DNA from: an uncultured Candidatus Saccharibacteria bacterium | GTDB lineage: Bacteria > Patescibacteriota > WWE3 > UBA101185 > 2-01-FULL-41-18 | Reading direction: 5' to 3' | Length of the DNA: 64,000 nucleotides | Assembly: GCA_964636285.1 (NCBI GenBank) | Contig: CAZWQF010000003.1 | Span: 69,226 to 133,225 of the forward strand | Part shown: in pieces, positions 9,781 through 18,560 of the stretch | How the letters are laid out: each line of letters begins with the position of its first letter | Numbering within the stretch: the stretch's first letter is position 1 | Translations under genes and position numbers: made by a program | Notes under the pieces: generated by a model | Told to the model about the DNA's origin: nothing | Seen by the model: the letters and a program-made list of their open reading frames with translations, nothing else | Database searches by the model: none

Positions 9781-12123
9781 CTAATCGTCCTCACCATCGG
9801 GGTATTTTGACTTCTTTGTAGGCGGATCGTATTGATCGTCGTCTTTGTATTTTTCTTCAACCCATTTGTCCACAAAAGGTTGCCACTCATCCTTCTCTGC
9901 CAAAATCTTTATGTAAGTCTTAGTTTTGGTTTTTTTATCCTCTCTACAAGCATCATTTGCAATTCTTCCATCCTTTTTACAAATCTCAAGCCTTAAATAC
10001 CAAGGGCTTTTTGTTGTTGGCTCAGTTCCTTTGACAAACTTCTCTGATCTTTTTGGATCATCGTCGCTATTTGGAAGCATGCCAGTGAGTTTGTCTACTT
10101 CGAGAGAAATAATATTTGATGGTTTTTCAAAAGGCTCATTCTTTGAATCTTTTAGATACTCCTTCATGACCTTATTCCAAATTGGTGCAGCTCCCGTAAT
10201 ACCTGATGCCAACGCCGGGTTCATTGGGGAATTGTTATTGTTACCAACCCAAACTCCTACTGCAATTGAAGGTGTAAATCCATATGTGTGGTTGTCCCTC
10301 TTGTCATCAGTAGTTCCTGTCTTAACCGCAACAGTGTGGCCAGGTATGTTCAATAGACTTCCTGCGCCAAAGGCTTCACTTCTTGCGCCGTCATCAGACA
10401 AAATGTCTGACAAAATATAGGCAACGTCTTCCGGCAAAGCTCTTTTTCCACCAGTGTCTCTCCACTTTTCTAAAGTGTTTCCTTTTGCGTCTTTAACCTC
10501 CAAAATCACAACAGGGTCCTTGTGCATTCCTTTATTTGCAAACGAAGAAAAAACGGAGGTCATATCCATTACTTTTGTTTCGCCACCTCCAAGAGTTAAA
10601 GAAAGTCCAAATCTACTTGGATCGTTAAGTGTTGTAATTCCAAGGTTATGTGCAAGATCTAACATTGAAGGAATCCCAATTATCCCAAGCGCCTTAACTG
10701 CAGGGATGTTAAGTGAATTCGCCAACGATCTTCTCATTGAAACAGGACCTCTAAACGAACCATCATAGTTCACTGGTTTATATGGCGCTCTTCCTTCGCC
10801 ATTTGAAAATTCTGTTGGCACGTCAATAAAAGTATAAGAGGCTGTGTAACCTTTCATGAGCATTGCTGCATATGTAATTGGCTTAATTGAGGAGCCAGGC
10901 TGTCTTTCTGCAATTGCAACGTTTGGGCTTGGTTCAAACACACAGCTATTTTCACCAGTTGTACCTGGATTACAGCCTTCAGGAGCAGGATCTCCAAAAT
11001 AATCCTTTGAGCCAACCATAGCTAGAACTTGACCTGTTTTTGGATCCATTGCAACCAGGGCTGCGTTACCCACCCCCAGTGATTTTGACTTTTCAACCTC
11101 TTCTTTAACAATCTTTTCTGCTGTTTGCTGCTTGTCCAAGTCAAGGGTAGTTATAACTTGGAGCCCATTACCTTCGATCACATCTTGACCGTATTTTTTG
11201 GCAATCATGTCTCTTACATAAAAGACAAAGTGCGGAGCTTGAATATTATGGTCTGCTTTTTTAAACACCATCTGCTCCTCTACAGCCTTTTGATACTCTT
11301 CCTCTGAAATAAAATGCCTCTGACCATCCTTTCCTACCCAGCCTCTTTCCCTCATAAGTTTTAGAACTGTTTTTCTTCTGTTAAGGCCTGCTTCCGGATC
11401 TGAACTGAATGGCGAATAGTATGTAGGGCTCTGAGGAAGTCCAGCCAGATATGCTGCTTCACCAAGTGTTAAATCTTTTGGATTCTTGCCAAAATACGAA
11501 TCCGTAGCTGAAAACACACCGTAGTTTTGACCGCCATATGGGCTTTCGTTTAGATAGAGCTGAAGGATTTCTTCTTTTGAATACCTATTTTCAATCTGAA
11601 GAGAAAGAACAAACTCTTTAATTTTTCTAGAGAGTGTTCTTTCTTGGGATAAAAGAGTGTTTTTAACAACCTGTTGAGTAATTGTGGAACCTCCCTGTAG
11701 ACCTTGCCCTCTAACTCTGTTCACAACAGCTCTTAAAATACCTGCCAAATAAAAACCGTTGTGCTGATAAAATGTTGCGTCTTCGGTTGCAAGAGTGGCG
11801 TTTAATAGGTCAACATCAAGATCTTCATATTTGACTAGAGTCCTGTTTTTTTCAGCAAAAACCTCATATAAAACCTTGCCATTTCTGTCTGTGATCCTTG
11901 TTGAAAGGTCCTTTACCCTGTCTGTGAGCTTATTTGGATCTGGTAAAAATGGTGAAATAGCCGCAAAAACAAATATGCTTGCAATGATCCCCACAACCAG
12001 AAGCGTAAGAGTAGTGGTGGCAAGATATGTTGCTACTACAAGAAGTTTTCGCCTTGCTCCTTTTCGTCTTGAAAAGTCTTTATAGAAGTGAGAATCCATC
12101 ACGGACTTTAAGTGCTTTTTCAT
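9781..12123 (-). CDS. Class A penicillin-binding protein (transglycosylase/transpeptidase, PBP1A family)
   Basis: TM anchor; EDATFYQH, GGSTITQQ, RKIKE; SSIK (SxxK), SLN, KTG motifs. Confidence 0.93.
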   Translation of the reverse strand: MKKHLKSVMDSHFYKDFSRRKGARRKLLVVATYLATTTLTLLVVGIIASIFVFAAISPFLPDPNKLTDRVKDLSTRITDRNGKVLYEVFAEKNRTLVKYEDLDVDLLNATLATEDATFYQHNGFYLAGILRAVVNRVRGQGLQGGSTITQQVVKNTLLSQERTLSRKIKEFVLSLQIENRYSKEEILQLYLNESPYGGQNYGVFSATDSYFGKNPKDLTLGEAAYLAGLPQSPTYYSPFSSDPEAGLNRRKTVLKLMRERGWVGKDGQRHFISEEEYQKAVEEQMVFKKADHNIQAPHFVFYVRDMIAKKYGQDVIEGNGLQVITTLDLDKQQTAEKIVKEEVEKSKSLGVGNAALVAMDPKTGQVLAMVGSKDYFGDPAPEGCNPGTTGENSCVFEPSPNVAIAERQPGSSIKPITYAAMLMKGYTASYTFIDVPTEFSNGEGRAPYKPVNYDGSFRGPVSMRRSLANSLNIPAVKALGIIGIPSMLDLAHNLGITTLNDPSRFGLSLTLGGGETKVMDMTSVFSSFANKGMHKDPVVILEVKDAKGNTLEKWRDTGGKRALPEDVAYILSDILSDDGARSEAFGAGSLLNIPGHTVAVKTGTTDDKRDNHTYGFTPSIAVGVWVGNNNNSPMNPALASGITGAAPIWNKVMKEYLKDSKNEPFEKPSNIISLEVDKLTGMLPNSDDDPKRSEKFVKGTEPTTKSPWYLRLEICKKDGRIANDACREDKKTKTKTYIKILAEKDEWQPFVDKWVEEKYKDDDQYDPPTKKSKYPDGEDD

Positions 12124-12195
12124 AAATGCCAGGTAAATTATATCAGGAAAAAGTATCTAGTTCCTAACAAGCTGCATGCTATAATGCCTATAGTT

Positions 12196-13395
12196 ATGGC
12201 AACAGTAAATACGGATCAAAAAAGAATAGATGAAGTACTTTCACGAGGCGTTGAAGACGTCATTGTAAGAGAGCATTTAAGAAAAGAAATGTTATCTGGA
12301 AGACAGCTTTCTATATACCTTGGAACTGATCCAACAGGGTCAGATTTGCATTTAGGCCACGCAACTATTCACAGAAAACTTAGAGATTTTCAAGATCTTG
12401 GACACAAAGTAACGCTTTTGGTAGGCGACTTTACTGTTTTAGTTGGGGACCATTCTGACAAGGACGACCAAAGGCTAGAAATTACAAGAAACCAAATTTC
12501 AGAAAACATGGAAAAATATAAAGAACAGTTTGGAAGAACTGTAGACGTTTCAAAAGTTGAGATTGTTCATAATTCAAGCTGGCTCTCCAAAATGGATTTT
12601 AATGATGTCATAGCATTAGCCAAAGTTTTCACACTTCAGCAAATGTCTGAAAGGGACGCATTTCAAAAACGAATAAAAGAGGGGAGGCCTGTTGGCTATG
12701 ATGAGCTTTTATACCCGTTAATGCAAGGATACGACGCTTACGCTCTGAAAACAGATATTCAAATAGGAGGGACTGATCAGCTATTTAATCTTCAAGCTGG
12801 AAGAAAAATCATGGAACATTTTGGAGTAAAGCCCCAGTCGATAATTACATGTCCGCTACTGGTTGGAAACGATGGAAGAAAAATGGGGAAGAGCTTTAAA
12901 AATTTTATTTCCATAAATTCCTCCGCTAAAGAAAAGTTTTTTGGAATTATGGGAATTGTAGATGAGATATTAATTGATTACTTTGTGAGCTTAACAAGAG
13001 TGCCAATGGAAGAAATTGCCGTAATGAGAAAGGGGCTTCAAGAGAATTCGGTCAATCCAATGGAATTAAAATTAAAATTAGCTCATGAGGTTACAGCATT
13101 TTTCCATAACGAGAAAGAAGCCTTAGAAGCAAGGGAAGCCTTCAAAAACGAAGTTCAAGAAGGAAATGCACCAATTGATATTGTAGAATATAAAGGAGCA
13201 GGACTTGTTGATTTTCCACAACTACTTGTTGACCTTGGACATACTAAAAGCAAAGGAGAGGCAAGAAGATTAGTTGAACAAAAGGGCGTTAGGATTAACG
13301 ATATAACAATAACCTTAGATGAGATCAAAGGTAAAGTGGAGATTAAAGAAGGTTTTGTTATTAACACAGGTAAAAAATTTGCTAGAATCGTCTAA
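12196..13395 (+). CDS. tyrS: Tyrosine--tRNA ligase
   Basis: DPTGSDLHLGH, YPLMQGYD, GGTDQLFN, KMGKS, S4-like C-terminus; probable start ATG 12196. Confidence 0.96.
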   Translation: MATVNTDQKRIDEVLSRGVEDVIVREHLRKEMLSGRQLSIYLGTDPTGSDLHLGHATIHRKLRDFQDLGHKVTLLVGDFTVLVGDHSDKDDQRLEITRNQISENMEKYKEQFGRTVDVSKVEIVHNSSWLSKMDFNDVIALAKVFTLQQMSERDAFQKRIKEGRPVGYDELLYPLMQGYDAYALKTDIQIGGTDQLFNLQAGRKIMEHFGVKPQSIITCPLLVGNDGRKMGKSFKNFISINSSAKEKFFGIMGIVDEILIDYFVSLTRVPMEEIAVMRKGLQENSVNPMELKLKLAHEVTAFFHNEKEALEAREAFKNEVQEGNAPIDIVEYKGAGLVDFPQLLVDLGHTKSKGEARRLVEQKGVRINDITITLDEIKGKVEIKEGFVINTGKKFARIV

Positions 13396-13398
13396 GTT

Positions 13399-13515
13399 AT
13401 GTCAAGAATTTTAAAAACATTAAGAAAAAAGAAGCACATATGGACGATTATTACCGTGGTGGCTTCGTTGGCTCTGGTTTTGTCCTCAATTGCTCCAGCC
13501 TTACTCACAAGATAA
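13399..13515 (+). CDS. 38-aa basic-then-hydrophobic small membrane protein (not in ORF track)
   Basis: MSRILKTLRKKKHIWTIITVVASLALVLSSIAPALLTR; starts 3 nt after the tyrS stop and fills the gap to recG. Confidence 0.6.
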   Translation: MSRILKTLRKKKHIWTIITVVASLALVLSSIAPALLTR

Positions 13516-13547
13516 TAAGGACTTAGCTTTTTTGTTTAAGGGTAATA

Positions 13548-15596
13548 ATGGCTATAAATCAAAACTCACCGGTATCAATTCTTCCAAAAATCGGTCCGGT
13601 ATATTCGGATTTGCTCAAAAAATTGGGAATTTTTACTATCAAAGATTTAATTCTTCATTATCCGTTTAGATATGACGATTATTCAAATATAGTAGAGGCA
13701 AAAGATCTTAAGGAAGGCGAGCCTGTAACGGTAATTGGAGAAGTAACCTCTATTTCAAACGCTCTCACAAAAAATAGGAAAAAACTCACTCAAGTGTCAG
13801 TTAACGACGGAAGCGGAAAAGTAGCACACGCGGTATGGTTTAATCAGTTTTACATTTCGCAGAGCATAAAAAAGGGAGACAGAATTGCCATCTCAGGCAA
13901 ACCCCAATTCTTTGGGAATAAACTTGTCATTTCAAGTCCTGATTATGAAATTACTCACCAGGGAAGAGAACTAAAGCACACTGGGAGGCTTGTTCCTGTT
14001 TACCCTGAAACGGAAGGGCTCTCGTCAAAGTGGCTCAGAGGCAAAATTGATTTTTTACTCAGACAAAGTCTAATCAAACTTGACGACCCTATTCCTACAG
14101 AATTAATTAATAAAAATAATCTTACAGAACTAAATAAAGCGCTGGAGTACATACACTTTCCAGAGAACCAGATTGAAGCAACTAAGGCTTTTGAGAGGTT
14201 TTCATATCAGGAAATGTTTGAGACTCTTCTTGATTCGATATCAAAAAGAAACGAATGGAAAAAAAGAAAAGTTAACAGGATTTTAAATATTTCAAAAAGC
14301 GAGAATGTGAAAGAAAAGGTAGAGAATCTAATTGAAAAACTACCTTTCAAACTAACAAATTCGCAGAAAAAATCTCTAGAGGAAATTCTGAAAGACTTGG
14401 AGGGAGAGACACCAATGAACAGACTTTTGCAGGGAGATGTAGGATCGGGGAAAACTGTAATTGCACTTGTGGCATGTTACGCAGGGTTTTTGAATGGGGG
14501 ATCAAGCTATATTATGGCCCCAACTGAAATACTAGCAAAACAGCATTATGAAACTTTTAAGAAAATTCTTGAGCCGCTTGGTGTTGGAATTTCTCTAATA
14601 ACAGGCTCTATAAAAGAAAAAATTTCAGATATAAATATTGGAACCCACGCTCTCATCTATGACAAAACAGTAGATAAAAATATGTGCCTTGCGGTAATAG
14701 ATGAGCAGCATAAATTTGGCGTGGAACAGAGAGCAGAAATTGCAAAGAAAATAAATCAACTAAATCCTCATGTATTAACAATGACTGCAACGCCTATTCC
14801 AAGAACACTGGCTCTTACCATTTTAGGGGACCTTGAGCTTAGCTACTTGTCAGAAAAGCCAGCAGGTAGAGAAGAGGTTGCAACATGGGTAATATCCGAA
14901 GAAAAACGAATAGATGCCTACAAATGGCTCTGTAGCAAAATAGTTGAATCTGAATTTGAAGAACAGGCATTTGTTGTGTGTCCATTAATTGAAGAGTCTG
15001 AAAGTGAAACTTTGGCTGATGTCAAAGCCGCAACAAAAGAATTTGAACTTTTGTCTCAAACTGTTTTAAAAGACTTGAAGCTGGGACTCCTTCACGGAAG
15101 AATGCCCTCAAAAGACAAAGAAAAGGTGATTACAGACTTTAGAGATAAAAAAATTAATGTATTGGTAGCAACTCCTGTAATTGAAGTAGGAATTGATATT
15201 CCTGCATCTACTATTGTAGTAATTGAGGCAGCAGAGAGATTTGGGCTTGCTTCGCTCCATCAAATTAGAGGTAGAGTAGGTAGGGCAAATAAAAAGTCCT
15301 TTTGCATACTGGCTTCCACATCCAAAAACCCACAGGCAGTCAGTAGATTAAAGCTTCTTGAAACATACCATGACGGATTAAGGTTGGCGGAGGAGGACTT
15401 AAAGTTAAGGGGTCCTGGAGAGATTATGGGCAAGCTTCAGCATGGAAAACTTAAATTTAGATTTGCAGATATTACGGACATTGAATTTGTTAAGAAGGTT
15501 AAAAGTGATGTGGAGCAAATTTTGTGCGAGGAAAAAACTACAAAAGAAAGTAGTAGGCCAAAAACCAAGACCAAAGGCACTATTGCCTCCAACTAA
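13548..15596 (+). CDS. recG: ATP-dependent DNA helicase RecG
   Basis: RLLQGDVGSGKT, DEQHKFG, TATPIPRTL, HQIRGRVGR, DLKLRGPGE. Confidence 0.97.
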   Translation: MAINQNSPVSILPKIGPVYSDLLKKLGIFTIKDLILHYPFRYDDYSNIVEAKDLKEGEPVTVIGEVTSISNALTKNRKKLTQVSVNDGSGKVAHAVWFNQFYISQSIKKGDRIAISGKPQFFGNKLVISSPDYEITHQGRELKHTGRLVPVYPETEGLSSKWLRGKIDFLLRQSLIKLDDPIPTELINKNNLTELNKALEYIHFPENQIEATKAFERFSYQEMFETLLDSISKRNEWKKRKVNRILNISKSENVKEKVENLIEKLPFKLTNSQKKSLEEILKDLEGETPMNRLLQGDVGSGKTVIALVACYAGFLNGGSSYIMAPTEILAKQHYETFKKILEPLGVGISLITGSIKEKISDINIGTHALIYDKTVDKNMCLAVIDEQHKFGVEQRAEIAKKINQLNPHVLTMTATPIPRTLALTILGDLELSYLSEKPAGREEVATWVISEEKRIDAYKWLCSKIVESEFEEQAFVVCPLIEESESETLADVKAATKEFELLSQTVLKDLKLGLLHGRMPSKDKEKVITDFRDKKINVLVATPVIEVGIDIPASTIVVIEAAERFGLASLHQIRGRVGRANKKSFCILASTSKNPQAVSRLKLLETYHDGLRLAEEDLKLRGPGEIMGKLQHGKLKFRFADITDIEFVKKVKSDVEQILCEEKTTKESSRPKTKTKGTIASN

Positions 15597-15617
15597 AAAG
15601 TAGTAGTATTTCACTGT

Positions 15618-16175
15618 ATGTTAAGAGTTTCCGGGGGCTCAGCAAAAGGAAGAAAACTAGTGGTACCCTCAGTTCCAGGTATTAGGATTACCCAGGAAGT
15701 TGCCAGGGAAGCACTTTTTGCGATCTTAGGTGAGGAGATAAAAAATGCAGCATGCCTGGACCTTTACGCTGGATCAGGAAGTGTGGGGATTGAGGCTCTC
15801 AGCAGAGGAGCTTCCTGGTGTGATTTTGTGGACAATAATGAAGAATCCTATAAATCAGTTCATGAAAGCTTAAAATACTGCGGGCTTGAGATTTTTGCTC
15901 ATTTTTCCAAAGATGACGCTACAAAATACTGTGCCAACTGCACTAGAAAGTACAAATATGTCTTTATGGACCCATATTACGATCAGGCAATCCATAAGCA
16001 TATCTTCAAATTAATACCTAATTTGCTCGAAAAAGACGGGATTTTGGCCTTTTTTCACAGCAAAGACCTGAATGCAAAGGAGCTAACTTCAACTTCAATC
16101 CTTGAGGTTTACGATGAAAGATCCTACGGCGCCACGGTCATATCCTTCCTCAAAGTCAGAAAGTCCATAATATAG
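15618..16175 (+). CDS. rsmD: 16S rRNA m2G966 methyltransferase, RsmD family
   Basis: MLRVSGGSAKGRKL, LDLYAGSGSVGIEALSRGA, FMDPYY. Confidence 0.9.
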   Translation: MLRVSGGSAKGRKLVVPSVPGIRITQEVAREALFAILGEEIKNAACLDLYAGSGSVGIEALSRGASWCDFVDNNEESYKSVHESLKYCGLEIFAHFSKDDATKYCANCTRKYKYVFMDPYYDQAIHKHIFKLIPNLLEKDGILAFFHSKDLNAKELTSTSILEVYDERSYGATVISFLKVRKSII

Positions 16176-16237
16176 GTTATTTACAAAGAGAAACTCGAAT
16201 TGACATAATGGTGGAAAGTATTTAATATCCATTCGTT

Positions 16238-16393
16238 ATGTCGCCGTTACCAAAAAGAAAATTCAGTAAAGGAAGAACAAGAAGAAAGAGAAATGGCCAC
16301 TACAAGTTAGAGGTCGTTAATACTGTAGTGTGTAAGAACTGCAAGGCAGAAAAGCTTTCACACAAGGCTTGCCCAAATTGTGGCAAGAAGTAA
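16238..16393 (+). CDS. rpmF: 50S ribosomal protein L32 (not in ORF track)
   Basis: MSPLPKRKFSKGRTRRKR...CKNC...HKACPNCG, 51 aa. Confidence 0.93.
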   Translation: MSPLPKRKFSKGRTRRKRNGHYKLEVVNTVVCKNCKAEKLSHKACPNCGKK

Positions 16394-16396
16394 ATT

Positions 16397-16819
16397 ATGC
16401 CAGTAAATCCTGACCCAAGACACCAAGCCAGGAGGGTTGCTCTTTCTACCATCTTTGGTTGGTCCTTCATGTCCTCAGCTAATGAGGACCCGATGGGACT
16501 TGCAAAAGAGGGGCTAGAAGTTGAGAAATACGATGAGGAGCTTGCACAGCTTCTGGTAAAAGGCGTTGAGGATAACATTGACAACATAGACAAGATTGTT
16601 TCGCAGGCGGCTCCTGAGTGGCCAATCGACAAAATCCCCAAGATTGACCTTGTGGCTTTAAGAATAGCTATATTCGAGCTTTTAATTGCAAAAAATACAC
16701 CACCAAAAGTGGCCATTGACGAGGCCATTGAGCTGGCAAAGGAGTTTGGAAACGATTCTTCGAGTAAATTCGTTAATGGAGTATTAGGTACAATTGCTAA
16801 GGAGTATAAAATATCATGA
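16397..16819 (+). CDS. nusB: Transcription antitermination factor NusB
   Basis: [36 protein letters not shown]. Confidence 0.95.
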   Translation: MPVNPDPRHQARRVALSTIFGWSFMSSANEDPMGLAKEGLEVEKYDEELAQLLVKGVEDNIDNIDKIVSQAAPEWPIDKIPKIDLVALRIAIFELLIAKNTPPKVAIDEAIELAKEFGNDSSSKFVNGVLGTIAKEYKIS

Positions 16820-17061
16820 GTGACATCAAAAAAACATTCGAACTAATTATCAATACTATTTCGGAAAAAACAGGGGTAGAGAAGAGGGAAATCAAGCCTG
16901 AATCCTTTTTTATGGATGATTTAAACATTGACGAAATGGAACTTGCAGAAATCGTAGCGGAGATTGAAGAAAAGCTAGAGATTGAGCTTGATTTGGATGA
17001 TGTAGATGAATTAAAGACTGTTGGAGACCTTTTACATACAGTTCAGGAAGCTACTGAATAA
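16816..17061 (+). CDS. Acyl carrier protein homolog lacking the phosphopantetheine Ser
   Basis: 81 aa, acidic; [14 protein letters not shown]...LKTVGDL pattern; located immediately before rnc. Confidence 0.8.
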   Translation: MSDIKKTFELIINTISEKTGVEKREIKPESFFMDDLNIDEMELAEIVAEIEEKLEIELDLDDVDELKTVGDLLHTVQEATE

Positions 17062-17080
17062 GACGTTTGCTTGCTAATTT

Positions 17081-17770
17081 ATGGATTTTGAAAAACTTGA
17101 AAATTTGCTTGGACTTAAATTTACAAATCAAGAGCTTGTAAAAACCGCTTTCACACATAGATCCTACTTGAACGAACATCACGATTACAAAAATCCTTCA
17201 AACGAAAGGCTTGAGTTTTTAGGGGATGCTGTTTTGCAGTTTTTATCCTCTGAGCATTTATATCAAACATACACAACGCAGCCTGAGGGAACACTCACAA
17301 ATTACAGGGCGGCTCTTGTGTGCACCACTTCCTTAGCAGAAGAATCCAGAAAAATGGGCTTTGGAGAGTTTTTGCTACTATCGAATGGGGAAGAGGCTTC
17401 AGGGGGTAGGGGTAGAGAATATATCTTAGCAAATACATTTGAGGCAGTACTTGGGCTGATTTACCTTGAACTTGGGATTGATACGTGCAGAGAGTACCTA
17501 AAGAAAAATCTATTCTACAAGGTACAAGGGATTGTGGATGAGCATAAGTATAAGGACTTTAAATCAGGCTTTCAGGAAGCTGCCCAGGCTAAATATGGGG
17601 TGACCCCTTCTTACCGAGTAATTGAGGATTGGGGACCTGATCACAACAAGACTTTTAAGGTAGGGGTATTTGTAAACGACAAGCAGCTTGGAGTAGGGGA
17701 AGGATCAAGTAAACAGAGGGCAGAACAGTCAGCTGCAAAAAACGGCATGGATAACATAAGGAACAATTAA
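17081..17770 (+). CDS. rnc: Ribonuclease III
   Basis: AFTHRS, NERLEFLGDAVL, dsRBD (GPDH...SKQRAEQSAA). Confidence 0.97.
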   Translation: MDFEKLENLLGLKFTNQELVKTAFTHRSYLNEHHDYKNPSNERLEFLGDAVLQFLSSEHLYQTYTTQPEGTLTNYRAALVCTTSLAEESRKMGFGEFLLLSNGEEASGGRGREYILANTFEAVLGLIYLELGIDTCREYLKKNLFYKVQGIVDEHKYKDFKSGFQEAAQAKYGVTPSYRVIEDWGPDHNKTFKVGVFVNDKQLGVGEGSSKQRAEQSAAKNGMDNIRNN

Positions 17771-17789
17771 TTACCCTTCAAATAAACTG

Positions 17790-17818
17790 TTGAATATTAA
17801 CTCCGTTTAATCTTTAAT
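17790..17818 (+). promoter_or_regulatory. Sigma70-like promoter of cassette 1 (probably leaderless)
   Basis: TTGAAT-17-TTTAAT, 7 nt before ATG 17826. Confidence 0.5.
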
Positions 17819-17825
17819 AGTAGGG

Positions 17826-18560
17826 ATGCCTAAGCTTAAGGTTCTTACTGTTTTAATTATTTTAATTACACTCATTTTTGGTGCATTTTTGTACTTTAAA
17901 AAAAATAAAACCCTTGAAATCAAAAAAGTCTTCTCAGAAAAGATAAATCTTTTGTCAAATAGTGATTTCATAAACATTGAAAACAAACTCACAAAAACCG
18001 CGTCTAGAAAATTATTGAATTGTGAAACAACAGAATACTGGGGTGAAATTGGAGAGGTTGCAAACATTGGAGACGTAACAAATGAATCTTTTGAATTTAT
18101 ACAAGATAACAAAGTATTGACCTTTTTGACTTCTATGTGTTCAATGCAAATAGATCAGAGTTCCAGCTCTGCAAAGTTTGAACCAAAGACTGGGGAAACA
18201 GTAGCTATCGAATTATATAAATGCAAAGATCCTGAATGGTACAATTCTTCATGTAACGTTATGAGAAAATTTAAGGTTGAAAAAGTAGAAGAACGTAGGT
18301 TATGGGTCTCTGAAAAAAATGTGAATCTTATTATCGATCTAGAACCTAATTTTTTATTAAAAGCGTATTCAATAAACAAGGGAGTAGCTGAAAATGAGGC
18401 TGTGATATCAGAATTAAGCATGTATTCTATGCAACTTGAAAAATGGGGAGCTTTATTTTTTAGATCCGAAGACTTAGAACCCACTAAATCAGCCACAAAC
18501 CTAGAGCATTTGAGAATTAGGAATAACTTTCCAAGGGTTTATCTTAAAACGATACTATGA
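17826..18560 (+). CDS. Membrane-anchored 4-Cys hypothetical protein (cassette 1 gene A)
   Basis: N-terminal TM helix; ATGA overlap with the next gene; distant paralog of 22115..22825. Confidence 0.75.
   Translation: MPKLKVLTVLIILITLIFGAFLYFKKNKTLEIKKVFSEKINLLSNSDFINIENKLTKTASRKLLNCETTEYWGEIGEVANIGDVTNESFEFIQDNKVLTFLTSMCSMQIDQSSSSAKFEPKTGETVAIELYKCKDPEWYNSSCNVMRKFKVEKVEERRLWVSEKNVNLIIDLEPNFLLKAYSINKGVAENEAVISELSMYSMQLEKWGALFFRSEDLEPTKSATNLEHLRIRNNFPRVYLKTIL

Noticed and set aside
16300-16728. Antisense and alternate-frame ORFs in the track (e.g. 4460..5002, 9926..10420, 16300..16728, 58092..58502)
   Set aside because: They overlap well-supported genes on the opposite strand or in another frame and show no motifs; treated as shadow ORFs.
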